This document shows positions 27,060 through 37,341 of a stretch of 62,245 nucleotides of DNA, piece by piece; the stretch's first letter is position 1, and the number at the start of each line of letters is the position of its first letter. Both the position numbers and the translations under genes were made by a program. The stretch covers positions 1 to 62,245 of the forward strand of contig JAICJC010000004.1 in the NCBI GenBank assembly GCA_025928655.1, written 5' to 3'. The stretch is from Thermoleophilia bacterium. Lineage in GTDB: Bacteria; Actinomycetota; Thermoleophilia; Gaiellales; JAICJC01. The notes under the pieces were generated by a model that did not search any database, had not been told where the DNA came from, and saw only the letters and a list, made by a program, of their open reading frames with translations.

Positions 27060-28478
27060 ATGCCCAACCAACGCGACATCGCGCTCACCGGGGCCACGGG
27101 ATACGTGGGCGGACGGCTGCTCGAGCGGCTCCAGGAGCTCGAGCAGCCCGTCCGCTGCCTGACGCGCAGCCCGGGGCGGGTGTCCGGCCGCGCCGCCCCC
27201 GGCACCGTCGTGGTCGCCGCCGACGTGCTCGACACGGAGGCCCTCGCGGGCGCCCTCGAGGGCGCCGACGTGGCCTACTACCTCGTGCACTCGATGGGAT
27301 CTCCCGGATCGTTCGCCGACATCGACCGCCGGGCCGCGTCCTCGTTCGCGACCGCCGCCGCCCGGGCCGGGGTAAGGCGGATCGTCTACCTGGGCGGGCT
27401 CGGGCACGAGGGACGGCTGTCGGACCATCTGGTCAGCCGGCACGAGGTCGGCGCCATCTTGCGCCGCGGCCCCGTGGAGACCATCGAGTTCCGCGCGTCC
27501 GTCATCATCGGCTCGGGCAGCCTGTCGTTCGAGATGGTGCGCGCGCTGGTCGACCGCCTCCCCGTGATGATCACGCCGCGCTGGGTTCGCACCGCCGCGC
27601 AGCCCATCGCGATCGACGACGTGCTCGACTACCTCACGGCGGCGCTCGACCTCCCGGCCGCCGGATCCCGCGTCTATGAGATCGGGGGTGCGGACGTCGT
27701 GACCTACGGCGACCTGATGCACGAATATGCGGCGCAGCGCGGACTGCGCCGGCGGATGATCTCCGTGCCGGTGCTGACGCCGAGGCTCTCCGGTCTGTGG
27801 CTCTCGCTGGTGACCCCGCTCTACGCCCGGGTCGGCCGCAAGCTCATCGACGGCGTCCAGAACGAGACGATCGTCCGCGATGACGCGGCTCTCCATGACT
27901 TTCCGATCCGGCCGCGGGGCGTGCGCGACGCGGTCGCCCGCGCCATCGCGTGCGAGGACCGCACGTTCGCGCCGACCCGGTGGTCGGACGCCGCGGCGGG
28001 GGCCGCGGACGCGCCGGGAGACGCGCGGGCGAGCCTGGTCGACTCCCGCAGCGCCTGGGTGCCGGCGCCACCCGACCGCGCCTTCGCCCCCATCCGCCGC
28101 ATCGGCGGCGCGACGGGCTGGTACGCGCTGAACGGCCTCTGGCACGCGCGCGGCCTGATCGACCAGCTCGCGGGCGGCGTCGGGCTTCGCCGCGGCCGGC
28201 GCGACCCGGAACACCTGGCTGCGGGCGACACGCTCGATTTCTGGCGGGTCGAGCGCTACGAGCCGGATCGCCTGCTCCGCCTGCAGGCCGAGATGCGCCT
28301 CCCCGGCCGCGCCTGGCTCGAGTTCGAGACCACCCCGGAACGTGGCGGCACCCGCATCCGCCAGACGGCCCGGTTCTATCCCAGCGGCGTCGCCGGACGG
28401 CTCTACTGGTACGGCCTCCTGCCGATCCACCTCGCCATCTTCCGGCGCATGCTGCGCTCGATCGCCGACCGGACGTGA
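27060..28478 (+). CDS. NAD(P)-binding SDR protein with C-terminal DUF2867 (YbjT-like)
   Basis: TGATGYVG, YYLVHSM, IGSGSLSFEM, LDFWRVE...AEMRLPGRAWLEF. Confidence 0.85.
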   Translation: MPNQRDIALTGATGYVGGRLLERLQELEQPVRCLTRSPGRVSGRAAPGTVVVAADVLDTEALAGALEGADVAYYLVHSMGSPGSFADIDRRAASSFATAAARAGVRRIVYLGGLGHEGRLSDHLVSRHEVGAILRRGPVETIEFRASVIIGSGSLSFEMVRALVDRLPVMITPRWVRTAAQPIAIDDVLDYLTAALDLPAAGSRVYEIGGADVVTYGDLMHEYAAQRGLRRRMISVPVLTPRLSGLWLSLVTPLYARVGRKLIDGVQNETIVRDDAALHDFPIRPRGVRDAVARAIACEDRTFAPTRWSDAAAGAADAPGDARASLVDSRSAWVPAPPDRAFAPIRRIGGATGWYALNGLWHARGLIDQLAGGVGLRRGRRDPEHLAAGDTLDFWRVERYEPDRLLRLQAEMRLPGRAWLEFETTPERGGTRIRQTARFYPSGVAGRLYWYGLLPIHLAIFRRMLRSIADRT

Positions 28479-28496
28479 TGGGTAGATGAGCTCGCG

Positions 28497-30593
28497 ATGA
28501 CCGGCTGGCTCTGTCGCATGTCGGTCGGCCGCCGGCGCCGTTGGCTGGTGGTCGCCGCCGCGATCCTCCTGGTCGGGGCGGCGGCGCCGCTCGGCACCCG
28601 GTTCGACGCCGCCCAGAAGAACGATCCCGCGTCCTTCCTGCCCGGCGGCGCGGAGTCGGTGCGGTCGCTCGAGCAGCAGCGCCGATTCCCGTCGGGCGCG
28701 CAGACTCCCGCCGTCACGGTCGTGCGCAGAGCCGGCGGGCTGAGCCCCGCCGACGCCCGCGCGATCGCCGCGTTTCGGAGCGGCCTCAACCGCGATCGGG
28801 TCGCCGGCTCCCTGCGCTCATCGCCGCCGCTGCGCTCGCGGGACGGTACCGCCGCCCTCGTCGTGACACCGCTCGCGGTGTCGAACGACGCGACCGCCCT
28901 GACCAACGCCGTGGACGCCATCCGCGGGCGCGCACATGCGCTGCGCCACGAAGGGCTCCAGGCGGACGTGTCCGGCCCGGCGGGCTACTCGGCCGACGCG
29001 ATCAAGGTCTTCGCCGGCATCAACACCACCCTTTTCGCCGCCGCGCTCACCCTCGTCCTGATCCTGCTCGTGCTCATCTACCGCAGCCCCGTCTTCTGGC
29101 TCATCCCGGTGCTCTCGGTGGTCGCCGCCGAGCAGGTGCTGCGGGGCGCGGGCTACGCCCTGACGCAGATCGGCGTGACCGTGAACGGGCAGACGGCGGG
29201 CATCGCCCTGATCCTCGTCTTCGGCGCCGGCACCGACTACGCCCTGCTGCTGGTCGCCCGCTACCGGGAGGAGCTGCGGCGGCACGAGAGCCCGTACGAG
29301 TCGATGCGGCTGGCCCTCGCCGGCGCGGCGCCCGCGATCCTGGCCTCGGCGGCGACGGTGATCCTCGCCCTGCTCGTCGTGACGCTGGCCGAGGTCAACT
29401 CCACCGCCGGGCTCGGGCCGCTCTCCGCGCTGGGCGTGGGGCTCGCGATGATCTCGTCCCTGACCCTGCTGCCGGCGCTCCTGCTGATCGGCGGGCGCCG
29501 CGCGTTCTGGCCGTTCGTCCCGCGCGCGGGCGACGGTGGGGCGGACGCCACCCACGGGTGGTGGCGGCGGCTGGGCGGCCGCATCGCCCGTTCCCCCCGC
29601 CGGGTCTGGATCGTCACCCTCGCCCTGCTCGCATGCGCAGCCGCGGGGCTCGTCACCTTCTCCACGAATCTCACCACCACCGACTCCTTCCGCGGCACCC
29701 CCGAGTCGGTCCGCGGCCAGCGGCTCATCTCCGACTCGTTCCCGGCGGGCGCCAACGGGCCCACCGTGGTGATCGCGCCCAGCGCCCGCGCCGCCGCGGT
29801 GGCCCGGGCAGCCGCCCGGGTCTCCGGCGTCGCGGCCGTGTCACCGCGGACGGAACACGGTCCCCCGGGGACGAAAATCTCCGTCACGCTCGCCGCCGAC
29901 CCCTATTCCAGCGCCGCGCTCGACGCCATTCCGCCGTTGCGGCGGGCGGTCTCGGCCGCCGGCGGCGGCGCGGTCACCGTCGGCGGGCCGACCGCCGAGG
30001 AACATGACCTGCGGGTCGCGTCGAACCGTGACACGCACCTGCTGGTGCCGCTCATCATGGCCGTGGTGTTCCTGATCCTGGTCGTCCTGCTGCGGGCCCT
30101 GGTCCTGCCGGCGCTGCTGATCGCGACGGTCGTGGCCAGCTACCTGGCCGCCCTCGGTCTCAGCGCGCTCCTGTTCGACCTCGCGTTCGGCTTCCCGGGC
30201 AGCGACCCGTCCTTCCCGCTGCTCGCCTTCCTCTTCCTGGTCGCGCTCGGGGTCGACTACAACATCTTCCTGACCGCGCGGATCCGCGAGGACGCGCCCG
30301 CCCGCGGGACGCACGAGGCGACCCCGCGCGGGCTGGCCGTGACGGGCGGCGTGATCACGAGCGCCGGCGTCGTGCTTGCCGGGACGTTCCTCGTCCTCGG
30401 CGTGCTCCCGCTCGTCGCGCTGACCGAGATCGGCGTCGTCGTCGCGCTCGGCGTCCTCGTCGACACGTTCATCGTGCGCAGCATCCTCGTCCCCGCGCTC
30501 CTGCTCGACATCGGCGACCGGGTGTGGTGGCCGTCCCGGATCGCCGACCGTGCGCAGCGCCCCGGCGACGCCCTGGAGCGGGGTGGCCGATAG
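28497..30593 (+). CDS. MMPL family transporter
   Basis: FGAGTDYALLLVARYREEL, LGVDYNIFLTARIRE. Confidence 0.92.
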   Translation: MTGWLCRMSVGRRRRWLVVAAAILLVGAAAPLGTRFDAAQKNDPASFLPGGAESVRSLEQQRRFPSGAQTPAVTVVRRAGGLSPADARAIAAFRSGLNRDRVAGSLRSSPPLRSRDGTAALVVTPLAVSNDATALTNAVDAIRGRAHALRHEGLQADVSGPAGYSADAIKVFAGINTTLFAAALTLVLILLVLIYRSPVFWLIPVLSVVAAEQVLRGAGYALTQIGVTVNGQTAGIALILVFGAGTDYALLLVARYREELRRHESPYESMRLALAGAAPAILASAATVILALLVVTLAEVNSTAGLGPLSALGVGLAMISSLTLLPALLLIGGRRAFWPFVPRAGDGGADATHGWWRRLGGRIARSPRRVWIVTLALLACAAAGLVTFSTNLTTTDSFRGTPESVRGQRLISDSFPAGANGPTVVIAPSARAAAVARAAARVSGVAAVSPRTEHGPPGTKISVTLAADPYSSAALDAIPPLRRAVSAAGGGAVTVGGPTAEEHDLRVASNRDTHLLVPLIMAVVFLILVVLLRALVLPALLIATVVASYLAALGLSALLFDLAFGFPGSDPSFPLLAFLFLVALGVDYNIFLTARIREDAPARGTHEATPRGLAVTGGVITSAGVVLAGTFLVLGVLPLVALTEIGVVVALGVLVDTFIVRSILVPALLLDIGDRVWWPSRIADRAQRPGDALERGGR

Positions 30594-30746
30594 CCGGCGA
30601 TGCGGCCCGGCCCGCATCAGGATCCGCACCGAACCTGCATGCGGGGAAACCACGCCCTGTGGCGGGTGAGAGGATCCACCGATGCGCCGAGGTGCGCCGG
30701 CGCCGACAATCGCCGCGAGAGGAGGATCAGTGCGCGAAAGCCAGCC

Positions 30747-31679
30747 GTGAGTGAGCGCCCTTCGAGCCTTCAGGGAGGGTTGACGCGGCTGCTCTGGCTC
30801 TCGATCGCCGCCGCGTTCCTGACGATCGGCTTGAAGACGGCTGCGTGGCTCCTGACCGACTCCGTGGGTCTGCTGTCCGACGCCGCCGAGTCCATCGTCA
30901 ACCTGGTCGCCGCCACCTTTGCGCTGGCGACGGTGCACTGGGCCAGCCAGCCGCCCGACCCACACCACCCCTACGGTCACGAGAAGGCGGAGTACTTTTC
31001 GGCCGGCCTGGAGGGCGGGATGGTCCTCCTGGCGGCCGTCAGCATCGCCTGGTTCGCGCTCGAGCGGCTGCTTCACCCGGCCGCAATCCGGGACGTCGGC
31101 GTTGGCCTTGCGGTGTCGGCGGTCGCGTCGCTGGTCAACCTCGGGGTGGGCGCCCAGCTCGTACGTGCGGGTCGGAGGCACCGGAGCATCGTGCTCGAAG
31201 CGGATGGTCGTCATCTGCTGACGGACGTGTGGACGTCCGGCGGCGTCATCCTGGGGGTGGGGCTCGTCGCGGCGACCGGGGTCGAGCGTCTGGATCCGAT
31301 CGTCGCTCTGGCGGTCGCGGGCAACATCGTCTTCACGGGTACGGGCTTGATCCGGCGGTCGATCGACGGCCTCATGGATCGCGCGCTTCCGTCGGAAGCG
31401 CAGGCTGCGATCGACGCCGTGATCGACGGATATGCCGCCGGCGGGGTCGAGTTTCATGCGCTGCGGACACGCCGCGCCGGCCGGCGGTCGTTCATCTCGC
31501 TGCACGTGCTCGTGCCCGGTGCGTGGAGCGTGCACGCCGGTCACATCCTGGTGGAGCGGCTCGAACGGGATCTCCGCCAGGCCGTTCCGGGTGCGACCGT
31601 CTTCACGCACCTCGAGCCGATCGAGGATCCCGAATCGTTCGCCGATACGTCGCTCGAGCGAGGCGGTCGAGGTGTCTGA
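30747..31679 (+). CDS. Cation diffusion facilitator transporter
   Basis: SDAAES, HPYGHEKAEY, HLLTD, THLEP; start approximate. Confidence 0.9.
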   Translation: MSERPSSLQGGLTRLLWLSIAAAFLTIGLKTAAWLLTDSVGLLSDAAESIVNLVAATFALATVHWASQPPDPHHPYGHEKAEYFSAGLEGGMVLLAAVSIAWFALERLLHPAAIRDVGVGLAVSAVASLVNLGVGAQLVRAGRRHRSIVLEADGRHLLTDVWTSGGVILGVGLVAATGVERLDPIVALAVAGNIVFTGTGLIRRSIDGLMDRALPSEAQAAIDAVIDGYAAGGVEFHALRTRRAGRRSFISLHVLVPGAWSVHAGHILVERLERDLRQAVPGATVFTHLEPIEDPESFADTSLERGGRGV

Positions 31680-34512
31680 CGCCGCCGGCGCCACGGGGGC
31701 CGGCCCAAGCCCGGGAAGTCCGTGGAGCCGCGAAGCGGCCGAGGTCGCCGGCAGCCTGGGCACCGACGTGAGGCGGGGGCTGCGCGAGGACGAGGCCGGT
31801 GGACGCCTGGCGCAGTTCGGGCCGAACCGGCTCGAGGCCGCGCAACCGGTGCCCGCATGGCGCAAGCTCCTGGGCCAGTTTGCCGATCCGCTCGTCTACC
31901 TGCTCCTGGCGGCGGTCGTTGTCTCGCTGGTCGCGTGGGCGCTCGAAGGCGGCGAGGAGGCGCCGTTCGACGCGATCGTGATCGCCGCGATCCTGGTCGC
32001 GAACGCGGCCCTCGGCTATGTGCAGGAGGCCCGGGCGGAGCAGGCCGTGGCTGCGCTGCAGCGGATGGCGGCGGCGACGGCGGCGGTCCTGCGCGACGGC
32101 CGCGAGATGCGGGTTCCGGCCGAGGACGTCGTGCCCGGCGATGTCCTGCTGCTCTCCGAGGGGGACGCGGTGGCGGCGGACGGCCGGCTCGTGGAGGCGG
32201 CGTCGCTGACGGTGGCCGAGGCGTCGCTCACCGGGGAGAGCGAGCCGGTGCTGAAGAGGGTCGCGCCGATCGCCGGGCCGGTCGACCTCGGCGACCGCGT
32301 CAATATGGTCTTCGGCGGCACCGCGGTCACGCGCGGGCGAGGCCGAGCGGTCGTGACCGCGACCGGCATGGCGACCGAGACTGGAAACATCGCGGCGCTG
32401 CTGGGCCGTACGGCCGAGCAGCGCACGCCGCTGCAACGCGAGGTCGACCGGATCGGACGCCTGCTCGGGATCACGGTGGTCGCCATCGCCGTCGTGGTGG
32501 TCGGCGCGATCCTGGTCACCGCCGACGTCCGGACGGCTTCCGACCTCGTCACCGTGCTTCTGATCGGTGTCGCGCTCGCCGTCGCCGCGGTGCCGGAGGG
32601 GCTCCCGGCGGTGCTGTCGGTGGTGCTCGCGCTCGGCGTGCAGCGGATGGCCGGTCGGCGCGCGATCGTGAAGCGGCTCTCCTCGGTCGAGACGCTCGGC
32701 TCTGCCTCGGTGATCTGTTCCGACAAGACCGGCACGCTGACGAAGAGCGAGATGACGATCCAGACGATCGTGACGCCCTCGGGCGAGGTCGACGTCACCG
32801 GCAGCGGCTACCGGCCCGAGGGCGAGCTGCACGCGGGCGGCCGGCCGCTCGACGACCCGAGCCTGCTGGACGAGGTCCGGCGCGTGCTCACAGCCGGCAG
32901 CCTGGCGAACGACGCCGTCCTGCGCGAGGAGGCGGGCGAGTGGGCGATCCAGGGCGATCCCACCGAGGCGGCGTTCCTGGTCGCCGAGGCAAAGGTCGAC
33001 GGGCTGGCCGAGGAGCGCCGTTCGCGCTTCGAGCGTGTCGGCGAGGTGCCGTTCACCTCCGAGCGGAAGCTCATGAGCACCCTTCAGTCCGACTCGGCCG
33101 GGGAGCTGGGGCTGGCGGTCGTGACGAAGGGTGCGCCGGACGTCCTGCTCGACCGCTGCAGCGCGGAGCGGCTCCACGGGGAGGTGCTGCCGCTGACCGC
33201 CGTCCGCCGCGGCGAGATCCTGGCCACGGTCGAGCGGCTCGCGGATCGCGCCCTGCGGACGCTCGCCGTCGCGTACCGGCCGCTTCCTGACGGCGAGGAG
33301 CCGGCGGAGGACGAGTCGATCGAACGCGACCTGGTCTACCTGGGCATGGTCGGGATCATCGACCCGCCCCGGCCGGAGGCCCTGGAGGCGATCGCCGCCG
33401 CGCACGGGGCCGGTCTGCGCGTCGTGATGATCACCGGCGACCACCCCCACACCGCCGCCAGGATCGCGACCGATCTCGGCATCGTCTCGGGCGACCCGCG
33501 CGTCCTCACCGGCGGCGAGCTCGAGGCCCTCGACGACGACGCCGGCGCAGCCGCCGTCCGGGACGTCTCCGTCTACGCGCGGGTGGCGCCGGAGCACAAG
33601 CTGCGGATCGTCGACGCCCTGCACGCGGACGGACGCATCGTCGCGATGACCGGTGACGGCGTCAACGACGCGCCGGCGCTCAAGGCGGCCGACATCGGCG
33701 TCGCGATGGGAGTCGCCGGCACCGACGTCGCCAAGGAGGCCGCCGACATGATCCTCGCCGACGACAACTTCGCGACGATCGTCAGCGCCATCCGCGAGGG
33801 GCGCGGCATCTTCGCCAACATTCGCAAGTTCCTGCGCTTCCTGCTCTCGTCCAACATCGGCGAGGTGTTCACGATGTTCTTCGGCGTCGTGCTCGCCGGC
33901 GTGATCGGGCTGGAGGCCACCGGCGCAGCGGTGGCCGCGCCGCTGCTCGCCACGCAGATCCTGTGGATCAACCTCCTCACCGACGGCGCGCCGGCGCTCG
34001 CCCTGGGTCTGGATCCACCGCCGGACGACGTGATGGATCGGCGGCCGCGCCGCCTGACCGACCGGGTCATCGACACCGAGATGTGGATCGGCATCGTCTG
34101 GATCGGCGCCGTCATGGCGACCGTGACCCTGATCGCGCTCGACCTGCGCCTGCCGGGCGGCGTCGTCGGCGACTCAGGCTCCGTCGTGGAGGCGCGGACG
34201 ATGGCGTTCACCACACTCGTTCTGGCGCAGCTCTTCAACTGCTTCAACGCCCGATCCGACCACACGAGCGCGTTCCACCGCCTGTTCACAAACCGCTACC
34301 TGTGGGGCGCGATCGCGCTCTCGGCGCTGCTCCAGGTCGCCGTCGTGCAGGTGTCGTTCCTCAACAGCGCCTTCGATACGACGCCGCTCGGAGCCGGCGA
34401 GTGGCTGATCTGCCTCGGCCTCGCCAGCGTCGTGCTCTGGGCCGACGAGGCGAAGAAGCTCGCATGCCGCCTCCTGCGACGGCGGGCTTCGGCGCCGGCC
34501 ACGCCCGGCTGA
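31672..34512 (+). CDS. Cation-transporting P-type ATPase (Ca2+-type, PII)
   Basis: TGES, PEGL, DKTGT, KGAP, TGDGVNDAPALK. Confidence 0.93.
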   Translation: MSDAAGATGAGPSPGSPWSREAAEVAGSLGTDVRRGLREDEAGGRLAQFGPNRLEAAQPVPAWRKLLGQFADPLVYLLLAAVVVSLVAWALEGGEEAPFDAIVIAAILVANAALGYVQEARAEQAVAALQRMAAATAAVLRDGREMRVPAEDVVPGDVLLLSEGDAVAADGRLVEAASLTVAEASLTGESEPVLKRVAPIAGPVDLGDRVNMVFGGTAVTRGRGRAVVTATGMATETGNIAALLGRTAEQRTPLQREVDRIGRLLGITVVAIAVVVVGAILVTADVRTASDLVTVLLIGVALAVAAVPEGLPAVLSVVLALGVQRMAGRRAIVKRLSSVETLGSASVICSDKTGTLTKSEMTIQTIVTPSGEVDVTGSGYRPEGELHAGGRPLDDPSLLDEVRRVLTAGSLANDAVLREEAGEWAIQGDPTEAAFLVAEAKVDGLAEERRSRFERVGEVPFTSERKLMSTLQSDSAGELGLAVVTKGAPDVLLDRCSAERLHGEVLPLTAVRRGEILATVERLADRALRTLAVAYRPLPDGEEPAEDESIERDLVYLGMVGIIDPPRPEALEAIAAAHGAGLRVVMITGDHPHTAARIATDLGIVSGDPRVLTGGELEALDDDAGAAAVRDVSVYARVAPEHKLRIVDALHADGRIVAMTGDGVNDAPALKAADIGVAMGVAGTDVAKEAADMILADDNFATIVSAIREGRGIFANIRKFLRFLLSSNIGEVFTMFFGVVLAGVIGLEATGAAVAAPLLATQILWINLLTDGAPALALGLDPPPDDVMDRRPRRLTDRVIDTEMWIGIVWIGAVMATVTLIALDLRLPGGVVGDSGSVVEARTMAFTTLVLAQLFNCFNARSDHTSAFHRLFTNRYLWGAIALSALLQVAVVQVSFLNSAFDTTPLGAGEWLICLGLASVVLWADEAKKLACRLLRRRASAPATPG

Positions 34513-34516
34513 ATCA

Positions 34517-34533
34517 ACGGGGTCTGACCCCGT
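34517..34533. repeat. REP-like palindrome ACGGGGTCTGACCCCGT
   Basis: Lies between convergent genes; same core as the other copies. Confidence 0.7.
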
Positions 34534-34537
34534 GTAC

Positions 34538-36463
34538 TCAGCCCGTTTCCAACCGGAGGCAGAGCGCACAGATGTCGTCGTTGTCGGGCAGATCGGCCCG
34601 CAGCTCGCCGGTGACGATCTCGAGCAGCCGGGGAGGCGGCTCGTCCCGGCAGCGGATCAGCGCGGCGAGCAGACGGTCGAGCCCTGCGTCGATCACCTCG
34701 CCGCGGCGCTCGACGAGCCCGTCCGTGTACAGGATCAGCGAATCGCCCCGCGCTGTGGTCGCGTGTCCCTCCGACCGCGGGCCCGCGTCCGGAGGCAGGC
34801 CAAGGGGGGTCGACCGTCCGTCCCACAGAAGACGGGCGTCGCCGTCGGAGGTCAGGAGCGCCGGGGGCAGGTGGCCCGCGCAAGCATACGTCACCGTTCG
34901 CGCGTCGAGGTCGATCTCGGCGTAGACGACCGTGGCCATCCGCGCGCTCGGCAGGCTCTCCACGAAGCCGTCGAGTCGCTCGATGACCCTTGCGGGGCCG
35001 ACCTGGAACCCGGCGACGGCCCTGGTCGCGCTGCGCAGCTGGCCCATGGCGCTGGCCGCGTCGATGCCGCGCCCGACCACGTCGCCGACCACGAGCCCCA
35101 CGCGGTTGCGGCCGAGCGCAAAGACGTCTGACCAATCGCCTCCAACGTCGAGGTGGCGGTCGGCGGGCTGGTACAGCGTGGCGACGTCGAACCGCGGATC
35201 CCGAGGGCGTTCACCCGCCAGGAGCGCAGCCTGCAGGGTGTGCGCGATCGACCGCTCGCGCTCGAGGAGGCGCGCGTTGCCGAGCGCGAACGCAGCCCGT
35301 TCTGCGAGCTCGCCCAGGAACCCCAGCTCGTCGGCGGCAAACCGGCGAGGGACGATCCGCGACAGGACGATCGCGCCGAGCGGGTCGGGGCCGACGCTCA
35401 GCCGCAGCGCGACTCGATCGATCCCTCCTTCGAGCCGCCGCGGCGGGCCGGCGGCCGCGCCATCGACCATCGCCAGGCGGGCCAGGGAGGCGATCTCCTC
35501 GGGCCCAGGCGCGCGGTCATCCACCAGGACCACATCAACGGCGTCGGCGAGCTCGGGGATGCCCAGCTGCTCGAGGAGCCGCGCTCGCTCGCGCACCGTC
35601 GGCACCTGGATCAGTGCGGAGATGATCCGTGCGGAAAGTGCCGCACGTCGTCCCTGCTCGACGGCGTCCTCGTACAGTCGTGCCCGCTCGACCGCGGGCG
35701 CGGCCTGGAGGACGAGGGCCCCCAACAGATCCATGTCATCGTCGTCGAGGGCGCCGGCAGGTGACAGCGCGACGGTGAGGAGGCCCACCGCGCGGTCGGC
35801 GACGACGAGCGGCACTTCGATCGCGCCGGCCCGGCCGGGCGGCGGATGCTCCCCCCGCGCGCCGTCGGGCGGCTCCTCACCGTCGAGGCCGATCACCGTC
35901 GCGCGAGCGGCTGCCGGAAGCCCCTCGAGGACGACCGCTTCAAGCGCGCTCACGACCTCGGCGACGGTGGACGCCGACGCCATTCGCTCGGCCGCGCTTC
36001 GCAGCAGCCGAACCCGGCGCTCCGATGTCGTGGCCTGGTTCTGCACGCGCAGGAGCTCCTGCTCGTACCGGCGCCGGTCTGTGGCATCGAAGACCGTCGT
36101 GCGGACGGACTGTGGCGTGCCGTCGGCCGCGAACCGGATCGACGAGTTGATGAGCACGGGCAGGCGGCGCCCATCGGGACATGCGATCTCGGCGGCGATC
36201 TCGCGCACCTGCCCCTGCATCCGAAGCAGCGGGGCGAAGTGCGTCTCGTGGTAGATGCGTCCGCCGACGCTCAGGAGATCCTGGAATCGTCGCCGTCCAA
36301 CGAGGTCCTCGCGGCGAAAGCCGGTCCAGTTCAGAAACGTCTGGTTGACGCGGACGATGGTGCCCTCCGGCAGCGTCGAGAGGTACCCGCACGGCGCGTT
36401 TTCGTACAGGTCGGCGGCGGACTCGAGACCGCGCTCGTCGCCGCCCGGACCGTGCTCAGTCAT
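34538..36463 (-). CDS. PAS-GAF-PP2C (SpoIIE) phosphatase, RsbP-like
   Basis: LYENAPCGY, RIYHETHFAPLL, VGGDW, VGDVVGRG, CAGH, YTDGL, DDI. Confidence 0.88.
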   Translation of the reverse strand: MTEHGPGGDERGLESAADLYENAPCGYLSTLPEGTIVRVNQTFLNWTGFRREDLVGRRRFQDLLSVGGRIYHETHFAPLLRMQGQVREIAAEIACPDGRRLPVLINSSIRFAADGTPQSVRTTVFDATDRRRYEQELLRVQNQATTSERRVRLLRSAAERMASASTVAEVVSALEAVVLEGLPAAARATVIGLDGEEPPDGARGEHPPPGRAGAIEVPLVVADRAVGLLTVALSPAGALDDDDMDLLGALVLQAAPAVERARLYEDAVEQGRRAALSARIISALIQVPTVRERARLLEQLGIPELADAVDVVLVDDRAPGPEEIASLARLAMVDGAAAGPPRRLEGGIDRVALRLSVGPDPLGAIVLSRIVPRRFAADELGFLGELAERAAFALGNARLLERERSIAHTLQAALLAGERPRDPRFDVATLYQPADRHLDVGGDWSDVFALGRNRVGLVVGDVVGRGIDAASAMGQLRSATRAVAGFQVGPARVIERLDGFVESLPSARMATVVYAEIDLDARTVTYACAGHLPPALLTSDGDARLLWDGRSTPLGLPPDAGPRSEGHATTARGDSLILYTDGLVERRGEVIDAGLDRLLAALIRCRDEPPPRLLEIVTGELRADLPDNDDICALCLRLETG

Positions 36464-37266
36464 TGAGGCAGCGCGGAGACGAAGTCCCGGATCGCCGCAG
36501 CAGTCTCGTCGGGTGAGCTGAGATGGGGACAGTGCCCCACCGCGTCCAGATGGACAAGGGTGCTGCCGGCGATGTGCTCGTGGACGTACGCGCCGACGGC
36601 GTCCTGAGCGATCACGTCATCCGAGCACTGGAGCACCAGGGTCGGCGCGCTCACCCGTGGCAGGTCGCCGCGGCTGTCCGAGAGGAACGTCACGCGGGCG
36701 AAGTTCCGGGCGATGGCAGGGTCCGTGCGACAAAAGCTGTTCGTGAGCTCCTCCCCCAGCTCGGGTCGGTCAGGGTTGCCCATGATCACGGGCGCCATCG
36801 CGCCCGACCAGCCAAGGTAGTTGCTCTCGAGCGACGCGAGCAGGCCGTCGATGTCCTCGGCGCTGAACCCGCCCACGTAGCCGTCGTCATCGATGTAGCG
36901 CGGCGACGGGCCGACGAGCACGAGCGCGCCGATCCGGTCTGGGGCCCGGATCGCAGCCAGAACCCCGATCATGGCCGCGACGGAATGCCCGACGAAGATC
37001 GCGTCGTTCAGGTCGAGCTCCTCGAGGATCTCGAGGACGTCGAGCGTGTATCCGTCCAGCGACGCGTACCGGTCGGGATCGTGGGCCGAGATGTCCGCCC
37101 CTCCAAATCCGACGAAGTCGAAGGTCACGACCCTGTGGGTGTCGGCGAAGCGCGGGGCGACGAACCGCCACATCGTCTGATCGCACCCGAATCCGTGCGC
37201 GAACACGATCGGGCGACCATCTTCCCGCCCCGTCACCACGACGTTGTTGCGGCGGCAGATGTCCAT
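36460..37266 (-). CDS. rsbQ: RsbQ-like alpha/beta hydrolase
   Basis: AHGFGCDQTMW, GHSV, PSPRYIDD, GHCPHLS; coupled to the PAS phosphatase. Confidence 0.85.
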   Translation of the reverse strand: MDICRRNNVVVTGREDGRPIVFAHGFGCDQTMWRFVAPRFADTHRVVTFDFVGFGGADISAHDPDRYASLDGYTLDVLEILEELDLNDAIFVGHSVAAMIGVLAAIRAPDRIGALVLVGPSPRYIDDDGYVGGFSAEDIDGLLASLESNYLGWSGAMAPVIMGNPDRPELGEELTNSFCRTDPAIARNFARVTFLSDSRGDLPRVSAPTLVLQCSDDVIAQDAVGAYVHEHIAGSTLVHLDAVGHCPHLSSPDETAAAIRDFVSALPQ

Positions 37267-37341
37267 AGAGCGAGTCTACCCTCCGGGCGAACCTCGGTTT
37301 CTGAGGCACTTCCACGAACCGAAACCCGAGGAACGTCAGCC

